A program made the translations under genes and the position numbers. Below, in pieces: positions 27,601-41,300 of a stretch of 64,000 nt of DNA (position 1 is its first letter; each line of letters opens with the position of its first letter). The stretch comes from Eledone cirrhosa (taxonomy: Eukaryota). The notes below the pieces were generated by a model. It was not told the origin of the DNA and searched no databases. It saw nothing but the letters and a program-made list of their open reading frames with translations. The stretch is from the NCBI GenBank assembly GCA_964016885.1, contig OZ024765.1:17484001-17548000 (forward strand), read 5' to 3'.

Positions 27601-30600
27601 TTGCCAGCAAGGCCAGTACTAAATATAGTTGAGTGTGATCTAGCTACTATTGCCAGCAGGGCCGGTACTAAATATAGTTGAGTGTGATCTAGCTACTATT
27701 GCCACCAAGGCCAGTACTAAATATAGTTGAGTGTGATCTAGCTACTATTGCCAGCAAGGCTGGTACTAAATATAGTTGAGTGTGATCTAGCTACTATTGC
27801 CAGCAAGGCAGGTACTAAATATAGTTGAGTGTGATCTAGCTACTATTGCCAGCAAGGCAGGTACTAAATATAGTTGAGTGTGATCTAGCTACTATTGCCA
27901 GCAAGGCAGGTACTAAATATAGTTGAGTGTGATCTAGCTACTATTGCCAGCAAGGCCAGTACTAAATATAGTTGAGTGTGATCTAGCTACTATTGCCAGC
28001 AGGGCCGGTACTAAATATAGTTGAGTGTGATCTAGCTACTGTTGCCAGCAAGGCCGGTACTAAATATAGTTGAGTGTGATCTAGCTACTGTTGCCAGCAA
28101 GGCTGGTACTAAATATAGTTGAGTGTGATCTAGCTACTGTTGCCAGCAAGGCCGGTACTAAATATAGTTGAGTGTGATCTAGCTACTGTTGCCAGCAAGG
28201 CCGGTACTAAATATAGTTGAGTGTGATCTAGCTACTGTTGCCAGCAGGGCCAGTACTAAATATAGTTGAGTGTGATCTAGCTACTATTGCCAGCAAGGCC
28301 AGTACTAAATATAGTTGAGTGTGATCTAGCTACTATTGCCAGCAAGGCAGGTACTAAATATAGTTGAGTGTGATCTAGCTACTATTGCCAGCAAGGCCAG
28401 TACTAAATATAGTTGAGTGTGATCTAGCTACTGTTGCCAGCAAGGCCGGTACTAAATATAGTTGAGTGTGATCTAGCTACTATTGCCAGCAGGGCAGGTA
28501 CTAAATATAGTTGAGTGTGATCTAGCTACTATTGCCAGCAAGGCAGGTACTAAATATAGTTGAGTGTGATCTAGCTACTATTGCTAGCAAGGCAGGTACT
28601 AAATATAGTTGAGTGTGATCTAGCTACTATTGCCAGCTAGGCCAGTACTAAATATAGTTGAGTGTGATCTAGCTACTATTGCCAGCAGGGCCAGTACTAA
28701 ATATAGTTGAGTGTGATCTAGCTACTATTGCCAGCAAGGCAGGTACTAAATATAGTTGAGTGTGATCTAGCTACTATTGCCAGCAGGGCCAGTACTAAAT
28801 ATAGTTGAGTGTGATCTAGCTACTATTGCCAGCAGGGCCGGTACTAAATATAGTTGAGTGTGATCTAGCTACTATTGCCAGCAGGGCCGGTACTAAATAT
28901 AGTTGAGTGTGATCTAGCTACTATTGCCAGCAAGGCCAGTACTAAATATAGTTGAGTGTGATCTAGCTACTATTGCCAGCAAGGCAGGTACTAAATATAG
29001 TTGAGTGTGATCTAGCTACTATTGCCAGCAGGGCCGGTACTAAATATAGTTGAGTGTGATCTAGCTACTATTGCCAGCAGGGCCGGTACTAAATATAGTT
29101 GAGTGTGATCTAGCTACTATTGCCAGCAGGGCCGGTACTAAATATAGTTGAGTGTGATCTAGCTACTATTGCCAGCAAGGCCGGTACTAAATATAGTTGA
29201 GTGTGATCTAGCTACTATTGCCAGCAAGGCCGGTACTAAATATAGTTGAGTGTGATCTAGCTACTATTGCCAGCAAGGCAGGTACTAGATATAGTTGAGT
29301 GTGATCTAGCTACTATTGCCAGAAAGGCCGATACTAAATATAGTTGAGTGTGATCTAGCTACTATTGCCAGCAAGGCTGGTACTAAATATAGTTGAGTGT
29401 GATCTAGCTACTATTGCCAGCAAGGCCAGTACTAAATATAGTTGAGTGTGATCTAGCTACTATTGCCAGCAAGGCCAGTACTAAATATAGTTGAGTGTGA
29501 TCTAGCTACTATTGCCAGCAAGGCAGGTACTAAATATAGTTGAGTGTGATCTAGCTACTATTGCTAGCAAGGCCAGTACTAAATATAGTTGAGTGTGATC
29601 TAGCTACTATTGCCAGCAAGGCCGATACTAAATATAGTTGAGTGTGATCTAGCTACTATTGCCAGCAAGGCCAGTACTAAATATAGTTGAGTGTGATCTA
29701 GCTACTATTGCCAGCAAGGCCGGTACTAAATATAGTTGAGTGTGATCTAGCTACTATTGCCAGCAAGGTAGGTTCTAAATATAGTTGAGTGTGATCTAGC
29801 TACTATTGCCAGCAAGGCCGGTACTAAATATAGTTGAGTGTGATCTAGCTACTATTGCCAGCAAGGCCGGTACTAAATATAGTTGAGTGTGATCTAGCTA
29901 CTATTGCCAGCAAGGTAGGTTCTAAATATAGTTGAGTGTGATCTAGCTACTATTGCCAGCAAGGTAGGTTCTAAATATAGTTGAGTGTGATCTAGCTACT
30001 ATTGCCAGCAAGGCAGGTACTAAATATAGTTGAGTGTGATCTAGCTACTATTGCCAGCAAGGCAGGTTCTAAATATAGTTGAGTGTGATCTAGCTACTAT
30101 TGCCAGCAAGGCCGGTACTAAATATAGTTGAGTGTGATCTAGCTACTATTGCCAGCAAGGCTGGTACTAAATATAGTTGAGTGTGATCTAGCTACTATTG
30201 CCAGCAAGGCAGGTACTAAATATAGTTGAGTGTGATCTAGCTACTATTGCCAGCAAGGCAGGTTCTAAATATAGTTGAGTGTGATCTAGCTACTATTGCC
30301 AGCAAGGCAGGTACTAAATATAGTTGAGTGTGATCTAGCTACTATTGCCAGCAAGGCCGGTACTAAATATAGTTGAGTGTGATCTAGCTACTATTGCCAG
30401 CAAGGCCGGTACTAAATATAGTTGAGTGTGATCTAGCTACTATTGCCAGCAAGGCCAGTACTAAATATAGTTGATTGTGATCTAGCTACTATTGCCAGCA
30501 AGGCCAGTACTAAATATAGTTGAGTGTGATCTAGCTACTATTGCCAGCAAGGCCGATACTAAATATAGTTGAGTGTGATCTAGCTACTATTGCCAGCAAG

Positions 30601-33600
30601 GCAGGTACTAAATATAGTTGAGTGTGATCTAGATACTATTGCCAGCAAGGCCAGTACTAAATATAGTTGAGTGTGATCTAGCTACTATTGCCAGCAAGGC
30701 CAGTACTAAATATAGTTGAGTGTGATCTAGCTACTATTGCCAGGAAGGCCGGTACTAAATATAGTTGAGTGTGATCTAGCTACTATTGCCAGGAAGGCCG
30801 GTACTAAATATAGTTGAGTGTGATCTAGCTACTATTGCCAGGAAGGCCGGTACTAAATATAGTTGAGTGTGATCTAGCTACTATTGCCAGCAAGGCCAGT
30901 ACTAAATATAGTTGATTGTGATCTAGCTACTATTGCCAGCAAGGCCAGTACTAAATATAGTTGAGTGTGATCTAGCTACTATTGCCAGCAAGGCCGATAC
31001 TAAATATAGTTGAGTGTGATCTAGCTACTATTGCCAGCAAGGCAGGTACTAAATATAGTTGAGTGTGATCTAGCTACTATTGCTAGCAAGGCCAGTACTA
31101 AATATAGTTGAGTGTGATCTAGCTACTATTGCCAGCAAGGCAGGTACTAAATATAGTTGAGTGTGATCTAGCTACTATTGCCAGCAAGGCCAGTACTAAA
31201 TATAGTTGAGTGTGATCTAGCTACTATTGCCAGCAAGGCCGATACTAAATATAGTTGAGTGTGATCTAGCTACTATTGCCAGCAAGGCAGGTACTAAATA
31301 TAGTTGAGTGTGATCTAGCTACTATTGCTAGCAAGGCCAGTACTAAATATAGTTGAGTGTGATCTAGCTACTATTGCCAGCAAGGCAGGTACTAAATATA
31401 GTTGAGTGTGATCTAGCTACTATTGCCAGCAAGGCCAGTACTAAATATAGTTGAGTGTGATCTAGCTACTATTGCCAGCAAGGCAGGTACTAAATATAGT
31501 TGAGTGTGATCTAGCTACTATTGCCAGGAAGGCCAGTATTAGATATAGTTGAGTGTGATCTAGCTACTATTGCCAGCAAGGCAGGTACTAAATATAGTTG
31601 AGTGTGATCTAGCTACTGTTGCCAGCAAGGCCAGTACTAAATATAGTTGAGTGTGATCTAGCTACTATTGCCAGGAAGGCCAGTACTAAATATAGTTGAG
31701 TGTGATCTAGCTACTGTTGCCAGCAAGGCCAGTACTAAATATAGTTGAGTGTGATCTAGCTACTATTGCCAGGAAGGCCAGTACTAAATATAGTTGAGTG
31801 TGATCTAGCTACTATTGCCACCAAGGCCAGTACTAAATATAGTTGAGTGTGATCTAGCTACTGTTGCCAGCAAGGCCAGTACTAAATATAGTTGAGTGTG
31901 ATCTAGCTACTATTGCCAGGAAGGCCAGTACTAAATATAGTTGAGTGTGATCTAGCTACTGTTGCCAGCAAGGCCAGTACTAAATATAGTTGAGTGTGAT
32001 CTAGCTACTATTGCCAGCAAGGCAGGTACTAAATATAGTTGAGTGTGATCTAGCTACTGTTGCCAGCAAGGCCAGTACTAAATATAGTTGAGTGTGATCT
32101 AGCTACTATTGCCAGCAAGGCAGGTACTAAATATAGTTGAGTATGATCTAGCTACTGTTGCCAGCAGGGCCAGTACTAAATATAGTTGAGTGTGATCTAG
32201 CTACTATTGCCAGCAAGGCCAGTACTAAATATAGTTGAGTGTGATCTAGCTACTATTGCCAGCAAGGCAGGTACTAAATATAGTTGAGTGTGATCTAGCT
32301 ACTATTGCCAGCAAGGCCAGTACTAAATATAGTTGAGTGTGATCTAGCTACTGTTGCCAGCAAGGCCGGTACTAAATATAGTTGAGTGTGATCTAGCTAC
32401 TATTGCCAGCAGGGCAGGTACTAAATATAGTTGAGTGTGATCTAGCTACTATTGCCAGCAAGGCAGGTACTAAATATAGTTGAGTGTGATCTAGCTACTA
32501 TTGCTAGCAAGGCAGGTACTAAATATAGTTGAGTGTGATCTAGCTACTATTGCCAGCTAGGCCAGTACTAAATATAGTTGAGTGTGATCTAGCTACTATT
32601 GCCAGCAGGGCCAGTACTAAATATAGTTGAGTGTGATCTAGCTACTATTGCCAGCAAGGCAGGTACTAAATATAGTTGAGTGTGATCTAGCTACTATTGC
32701 CAGCAGGGCCAGTACTAAATATAGTTGAGTGTGATCTAGCTACTATTGCCAGCAGGGCCGGTACTAAATATAGTTGAGTGTGATCTAGCTACTATTGCCA
32801 GCAGGGCCGGTACTAAATATAGTTGAGTGTGATCTAGCTACTATTGCCAGCAAGGCCAGTACTAAATATAGTTGAGTGTGATCTAGCTACTATTGCCAGC
32901 AAGGCAGGTACTAAATATAGTTGAGTGTGATCTAGCTACTATTGCCAGCAGGGCCGGTACTAAATATAGTTGAGTGTGATCTAGCTACTATTGCCAGCAG
33001 GGCCGGTACTAAATATAGTTGAGTGTGATCTAGCTACTATTGCCAGCAGGGCCGGTACTAAATATAGTTGAGTGTGATCTAGCTACTATTGCCAGCAAGG
33101 CCGGTACTAAATATAGTTGAGTGTGATCTAGCTACTATTGCCAGCAAGGCCGGTACTAAATATAGTTGAGTGTGATCTAGCTACTATTGCCAGCAAGGCA
33201 GGTACTAGATATAGTTGAGTGTGATCTAGCTACTATTGCCAGCAAGGCCGGTACTAAATATAGTTGAGTGTGATCTAGCTACTATTGCCAGCAAGGCTGG
33301 TACTAAATATAGTTGAGTGTGACCTAGCTACTATTGCCAGGAAGGCCGGTACTAAATATAGTTGAGTGTGATCTAGCTACTATTGCCAGCAAGGCAGGTA
33401 CTAAATATAGTTGAGTGTGATCTAGCTACTATTGCCAGCAAGGCCAGTACTAAATATAGTTGAGTGTGATCTAGCTACTATTGCCAGCAAGGCCGGTACT
33501 AAATATAGTTGAGTGTGATCTAGCTACTATTGCCAGCAAGGCCAGTACTAAATATAGTTGAGTGTGATCTAGCTACTATTGCCAGCAAGGCCGATACTAA

Positions 33601-36600
33601 ATATAGTTGAGTGTGATCTAGCTACTATTGCCAGCAAGGCAGGTACTAAATATAGTTGAGTGTGATCTAGCTACTATTGCCAGCAAGGCAGGTTCTAAAT
33701 ATAGTTGAGTGTGATCTAGCTACTATTGCCAGCAAGGCCGATACTAAATATAGTTGAGTGTGATCTAGCTACTATTGCCAGCAAGGCCAGTACTAAATAT
33801 AGTTGAGTGTGATCTAGCTACTATTGCCAGCAAGGCCGGTACTAAATATAGTTGAGTGTGATCTAGCTACTATTGCCAGCAAGGCAGGTACTAAATATAG
33901 TTGAGTGTGATCTAGCTACTATTGCCAGCAAGGCCGGTACTAAATATAGTTGAGTGTGATCTAGCTACTATTGCCAGCAAGGTAGGTTCTAAATATAGTT
34001 GAGTGTGATCTAGCTACTGTTGCCAGCAAGGCAGGTACTAAATATAGTTGAGTGTGATCTAGCTACTATTGCCAGCAAGGCCGGTACTAAATATAGTTGA
34101 GTGTGATCTAGCTACTATTGCCAGCAAGGCAGGTACTAAATATAGTTGAGTGTGATCTAGCTACTATTGCCAGCAAGGCCGGTACTAAATATAGTTGAGT
34201 GTGATCTAGCTACTATTGCCAGCAAGGTAGGTTCTAAATATAGTTGAGTGTGATCTAGCTACTGTTGCCAGCAAGGCAGGTACTAAATATAGTTGAGTGT
34301 GATCTAGCTACTATTGCCAGCAAGGCCGGTACTAAATATAGTTGAGTGTGATCTAGCTACTATTGCCAGCAAGGCCGGTACTAAATATAGTTGAGTGTGA
34401 TCTAGCTACTATTGCCAGCAAGGTAGGTTCTAAATATAGTTGAGTGTGATCTAGCTACTATTGCCAGCAAGGTAGGTTCTAAATATAGTTGAGTGTGATC
34501 TAGCTACTATTGCCAGCAAGGCAGGTACTAAATATAGTTGAGTGTGATCTAGCTACTATTGCCAGCAAGGCAGGTTCTAAATATAGTTGAGTGTGATCTA
34601 GCTACTATTGCCAGCAAGGCCGGTACTAAATATAGTTGAGTGTGATCTAGCTACTATTGCCAGCAAGGCCAGTACTAAATATAGTTGAGTGTGATCTAGC
34701 TACTATTGCCAGCAAGGCCAGTACTAAATATAGTTGAGTGTGATCTAGCTACTATTGCCAGCAAGGCCAGTACTAAATATAGTTGAGTGTGATCTAGCTA
34801 CTATTGCCAGCAAGGCAGGTACTAAATATAGTTGAGTGTGATCTAGCTACTATTGCCAGCAAGGTAGGTTCTAAATATAGTTGAGTGTGATCTAGCTACT
34901 ATTGCCAGCAAGGCCGGTACTAAATATAGTTGAGTGTGATCTAGCTACTATTGCCAGCAAGGCCAGTACTAAATATAGTTGAGTGTGATCTAGCTACTAT
35001 TGCCAGCAAGGCCGGTACTAAATATAGTTGAGTGTGATCGAGCTACTATTGCCAGCAAGGCCAGTACTAAATATAGTTGAGTGTGATCTAGCTACTGTTG
35101 CCAGCAAGGAAGGTACTAAATATAGTTGAGTGTGATCTAGCTACTATTGCCAGCAAGGCAGGTACTAAATATAGTTGAGTGTGATCTAGCTACTATTGCC
35201 AGCAAGGCAGGTTCTAAATATAGTTGAGTGTGATCTAGCTACTATTGCCAGGAAGGCCAGTACTAAATATAGTTGAGTGTGATCTAGCTACTATTGCCAG
35301 CAAGGCCAGTACTAAATATAGTTGAGTGTGATCTAGCTACTGTTGCCAGCAAGGCAGGTACTAAATATAGTTGAGTGTGATCTAGCTACTATTGCCAGCA
35401 AGGCAGGTACTAAATATAGTTGAGTGTGATCTAGCTACTATTGCCAGCAAGGCTGGTACTAAATATAGTTGAGTGTGATCTAGCTACTATTGCCAGCAAG
35501 GCAGGTACTAAATATAGTTGAGTGTGATCTAGCTACTATTGCCAGCAAGGCAGGTACTAAATATAGTTGAGTGTGATCTAGCTACTATTGCCAGCAAGGC
35601 AGGTACTAAATATAGTTGAGTGTGATCTAGCTACTATTGCCACCAAGGCCAGTACTAAATATAGTTGAGTGTGATCTAGCTACTATTGCCAGCAAGGCCA
35701 GTTCTAAATATAGTTGAGTGTGATCTAGCTACTATTGCCAGCAAGGCCAGTTCTAAATATAGTTGAGTGTGATCTAGCTACTATTGCCAGCAAGGCAGGT
35801 ACTAAATATAGTTGAGTGTGATCTAGCTACTATTGCCAGCAAGGCTGGTACTAAATATAGTTGAGTGTGATCTAGCTACTATTGCCAGGAAGGCCAGTTC
35901 TAAATATAGTTGAGTGTCATCTAGCTACTATTGCCAGCAAGGCAGGTACTAAATATAGTTGAGTGTGATCTAGCTACTATTGCCAGGAAGGCCAGTTCTA
36001 AATATAGTTGAGTGTGATCTAGCTACTATTGCCAGCAAGGCCAGTTCTAAATATAGTTGAGTGTGATCTAGCTACTATTGCCAGCAAGGCCAGTTCTAAA
36101 TATAGTTGAGTGTGATCTAGCTACTATTGCCAGCAAGGCAGGTTCTAAATATAGTTGAGTGTGATCTAGCTACTATTGCCAGCAAGGCTGGTACTAAATA
36201 TAGTTGAGTGTGATCTAGCTACTATTGCCAGGAAGGCTGGTACTAAATATAGTTGAGTGTGATCTAGCTACTATTGCCAGCAAGGCCGGTACTAAATATA
36301 GTTGAGTGTGATCTAGCTACTATTGCCAGCAAGGCAGGTACTAAATATAGTTGAGTGTGATCTAGCTACTATTGCCAGCAAGGCAGGTACTAAATATAGT
36401 TGAGTGTGATCTAGCTACTGTTGCCAGCAAGGCAGGTACTAAATATAGTTGAGTGTGATCTAGCTACTATTGCCAGCAAGGCAGGTACTAAATATAGTTG
36501 AGTGTGATCTAGCTACTATTGCCAGAAAGGCAGGTACTAAATATAGTTGAGTGTGATCTAGCTACTATTGCCAGCAAGGCCGGTACTAAATATAGTTGAG

Positions 36601-36869
36601 TGTGATCTAGCTACTATTGCCAGAAAGGCAGGTACTAAATATAGTTGAGTGTGATCTAGCTACTATTGCCAGGAAGGCCAGTACTAAATATAGTTGAGTG
36701 TGATCTAGCTACTATTGCCAGGAAGGCCAGTATTAAATATAGTTGAGTGTGATCTAGCTACTATTGCCAGCAAGGCCAGTACTAAATATAGTTGAGTGTG
36801 ATCTAGCTACTATTGCCAGCAAGGCAGGTACTAAATATAGTTGAGTGTGATCTAGCTACTATTGCCAGC
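21700..36869. repeat. 49-bp tandem satellite, ~310 copies
   Basis: Unit ttgagtgtgatctagctactattgccagcaaggcaggtactaaatatag, head-to-tail with no spacers. Confidence 0.98.
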
Positions 36870-36976
36870 TCGGCCGGATTTAGTTGTTCTACACGCGAGT
36901 GTAGGTATTAATATGGTTGAGTGTGGTCCAGTTACAATTTCTGGGACCTATCTACAATCCTATTATATACAGAATA

Positions 36977-37530
36977 GGGCGGTGGATTGTCAGTATCGGT
37001 AGGGCGTCAGACATCATGCTTTGCAGCATAGTTACGTCCCTTTCAGATCTGAGTTCAAATCCCGCCGAGGTTAACTTTGCCTTTCATCCTTACGGGGGTC
37101 GATAAAATAAAGTACCAGTAATGTATTGGGTATTTGCTGGCCTTGTGCCAAAAGTATAAACAATTATTATTAAAGTTGTTGTGGATTGGCAGTATCGGTA
37201 GAGGGTCGGACGTCATGCTTTGACGCATAGCGTTACGGCCCTTTCAATTCTGAAATCAAATCCCGCCGAGGTCAACTTTTCCTTTCATCCTTACGGGGCC
37301 GATAAAATAAAGTACCAGTAATGTACTGGCTAATTGCAGGCCTTGTGCCAAATGTAGACACAATTATTATTAAAGTTGTTTGTGTGGAGGGTTAGCAGAA
37401 TCGGTAGAGCGCTGGGGAAAATGCTTTGCAGTATATAGTTACGGCCATTTATGGCCCTTTACGATAAAATAAAGTACCAGTGATGCACTGGAGTAATCGC
37501 TGACCTTGTCCCAAAAGTAGAAACTCTATT
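36977..37530 (+). mobile_element. Three consecutive family A SINEs
   Basis: Heads at ~36977, ~37181 and ~37385, each ending aaacaattattatt-like. Confidence 0.8.
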
Positions 37531-38369
37531 ATATATGCATCCTCGTTTGACTTGCTATGCATGCATAGTCCCGTAACTACTGAAGGAGTCATAGGTGAGC
37601 CATATTGAAATATGGCGTTTCTAGGTCCTTTTAAAACCTGGCGGTATGGAGAGAGATGGGCTCCACCAAGCTTAAAATGCTCAACAAATGCTGTATGTCA
37701 ATACAGAGCCCTTACGATCTGTCAGGAGTTACGGAACCATACATACATAGATTGTAAATATCTAAATATGCACCTGGAACCCCATTTGCTCACTATACAG
37801 AGAGATGTCGTGGGCGAGAGAGATGGGATCGATGACAGTGTGGGAGTTCGGCTCTTCCATGTTTGGACACATTGCACCTGTCAAGGGTGTATTTTCATAC
37901 CTGTGACCACGGACCGAGCCGCTACCAGAGTAAAATATAACACAATCACAAGGAGCACTGGGAAACTTCTCCAATAATTTTTTAGGCAAGCCCGTTCAAG
38001 GGTGATCCAACTATTTCTGGCACCGATCTATAATTCCTGCAACATAAAAAGTCCTCATTTAACTTGGTGTATACATTCTAAATATCTAAACATATTTGAG
38101 GATGACCCTGCTACTACTATTTCTCGCAAATATCTACAATTCCTGCTGATATAAAAACCTCATTTAACCCTTTACCATTTACATTACTCTATATATACTA
38201 CTATATTTTTGTGGTAAGGACTTTATCTCACATAATATGAAATCTATGAGATTTTGAGAACAATACCTTAACATCAGTATAAGTGACCAGTTACAGCCAG
38301 TTTGAACAGAAAAAGGCGAGAGAATTCTGGCCGGATACGGCCGGTTTAAATACTATATGGTTAACTCGG

Positions 38370-41300
38370 TATAAAGATTCTAAATATCTAAACATATTTG
38401 AGGGTGACCCAGCTACTATTTCTAGCAACTAACTACAACCCCACTACATATAAAGACCTCATTTAACTCGATATGAGATTCTAAATATCTAAACATATTT
38501 GAGGCTGACCCAGCTACTATTTCTAGCACCAATCTACAACCCCACTACATATAAAGACCCTCATTTAACTGAATATAAGATTCTAAATATCTAAATATAT
38601 TTGAGGGTGACCCAGCTACTATTTCTAGGACCAATCTACAAACCCACTACATATAAAGTCCTCATTTAACTCGATATAAGATGCTAAATATCTAAATATA
38701 TTTGAGGGTGACCCTGCTACTATTTCTAGGACCAATCTACAACCCCACTACATATAAAGTCCTCTTTTAACTCGATATAAGATTCTAAATATCTAAACAT
38801 ATTTGAGGGTGACCCAGCTACTATTTCTAGCAACTATCTACAACCCCACTACATATAAAGTCCTCATTTAACTCGATATAAGATTCTAAATATCTAAACA
38901 TATTTGAGGGTGACCCAGCTACTATTTCTAGGACCAATCTACAACCCCACTACATATAAGGACCCCATTTAACTCGATATAAGATTCTAAATATCTAAAC
39001 ATATTTGAGGGTGACCCAGCTACTATTTCTAGGACCAATCTACAACCCCACTACATATAAGGACCCCATTTAACTCGATATAAGATTCTAAATATCTAAA
39101 CATATTTGAGGGTGACCCAGCTACTATTTCTAGGACCAATCTACAACCCCACTACATATAAGGACCCCATTTAACTCGATATAAGATTCTAAATATCTAA
39201 ACATATTTGAGGGTGACCCAGCTACTATTTCTAGGACCAATCTACAACCCCACTACATATAAGGACCCCATTTAACTCGATATAAGATTCTAAATATCTA
39301 AACATATTTGAGGGTGACCCAGCTACTATTTCTAGCACCAATCTACAACCCCACTACATATAAAGTCCTCGTTTAAATCAATATAAGATTCTAAATCTCT
39401 AAACATATTTGAGGGTGACCCAGCTACTATTTCTAGCAACTAACTACAATCCCATTACATATAAAGTCCTCATTTAACTCGATATAAGATTCTAAATATC
39501 TAAATATATTTGAGGGTCACCCAGCTACTATTTCTAGCAACTAACTACAACCCCACTACATATAAAGACCTCATTTAACTCGATATAAGATTCTAAATAT
39601 CTAAACATATTTGAGGGTGACCCAGCTACTATTTCTAGGACCAATCTACAACCCCACTACATATAAGGACCCCATTTAACTCGATATAAGATTCTAAATA
39701 TCTAAACATATTTGAGGGTGACCCAGCTACTATTTCTAGGACCAATCTACAACCCCACTACATATAAGGACCCCATTTAACTCGATATAAGATTCTAAAT
39801 ATCTAAACATATTTGAGGGTGACCCAGCTACTATTTCTAGGACCAATCTACAACCCCACTACATATAAGGACCCCATTTAACTCGATATAAGATTCTAAA
39901 TATCTAAACATATTTGAGGGTGACCCAGCTACTATTTCTAGGACCAATCTACAACCCCACTACATATAAGGACCCCATTTAACTCGATATAAGATTCTAA
40001 ATATCTAAACATATTTGAGGGTGACCCAGCTACTATTTCTAGCACCAATCTACAACCCCACTACATATAAAGTCCTCGTTTAAATCAATATAAGATTCTA
40101 AATCTCTAAACATATTTGAGGGTGACCCAGCTACTATTTCTAGCAACTAACTACAATCCCATTACATATAAAGTCCTCATTTAACTCGATATAAGATTCT
40201 AAATATCTAAATATATTTGAGGGTCACCCAGCTACTATTTCTAGCAACTAACTACAACCCCACTACATATAAAGACCTCATTTAACTCGATATAAGATTC
40301 TAAATATCTAAACATATTTGAGGGTGACCCAGCTACTATTTCTAGCACCAATCTACAAACCCACTACATATAAAGTCCTCATTTAACTCGATATAAGATT
40401 CTAAATATCTAAACATATTTGAGGGTGACCCAGCTACTATTTCTAGGACCAATCTACAAACCCACTACATATAAAGTCCTCTTTTAACTCGATATAAGAT
40501 TCTAAATATCTAAACATATTTGAGGGTGACCCAGCTACTATTTCTAGCAACTAACTACAACCCCACTACATATAAAGTCCTCATTTAACTCAATATAAGA
40601 TTCTAAATATCTAAATATATTTGAGGGTGACCCAGCTACTATTTCTAGGACCAATTTACAAACCCACTACATATAAAGTCCTCATTTAACTCGATATAAG
40701 ATTCTAAATATCTAAATATATTTGAGGGTGACCCAGCTACTATTTCTAGGACCAATTTACAAACCCACTACATATAAAGTCCTCATTTAACTTGATATAA
40801 GATTCTAAATATCTAAATATATTTGAGGGTGACCCAGCTACTATTTCTAGGACCAATCTACAACCCCACTACATATAAGGACCCCATTTAACTCGATATA
40901 AGATTCTAAATATCTAAACATATTTGAGGGTGACCCAGCTACTATTTCTAGGACCAATCTACAACCCCACTACATATAAGGACCCCATTTAACTCGATAT
41001 AAGATTCTAAATATCTAAACATATTTGAGGGTGACCCAGCTACTATTTCTAGCACCAATCTACAACCCCACTACATATAAAGTCCTCGTTTAAATCAATA
41101 TAAGATTCTAAATCTCTAAACATATTTGAGGGTGACCCAGCTACTATTTCTAGCAACTAACTACAATCCCATTACATATAAAGTCCTCATTTAACTCGAT
41201 ATAAGATTCTAAATATCTAAATATATTTGAGGGTCACCCAGCTACTATTTCTAGCAACTAACTACAACCCCACTACATATAAAGACCTCATTTAACTCGA

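Noticed and set aside
21700-36869. Possible CRISPR-like array
   Set aside because: Units are contiguous with only point variants; there are no unique spacers or cas genes, and the context is eukaryotic.
37612-37989. Overlapping 121-aa and 75-aa ORFs in unique-looking sequence
   Set aside because: No recognisable motif; it starts inside a repeated core element.
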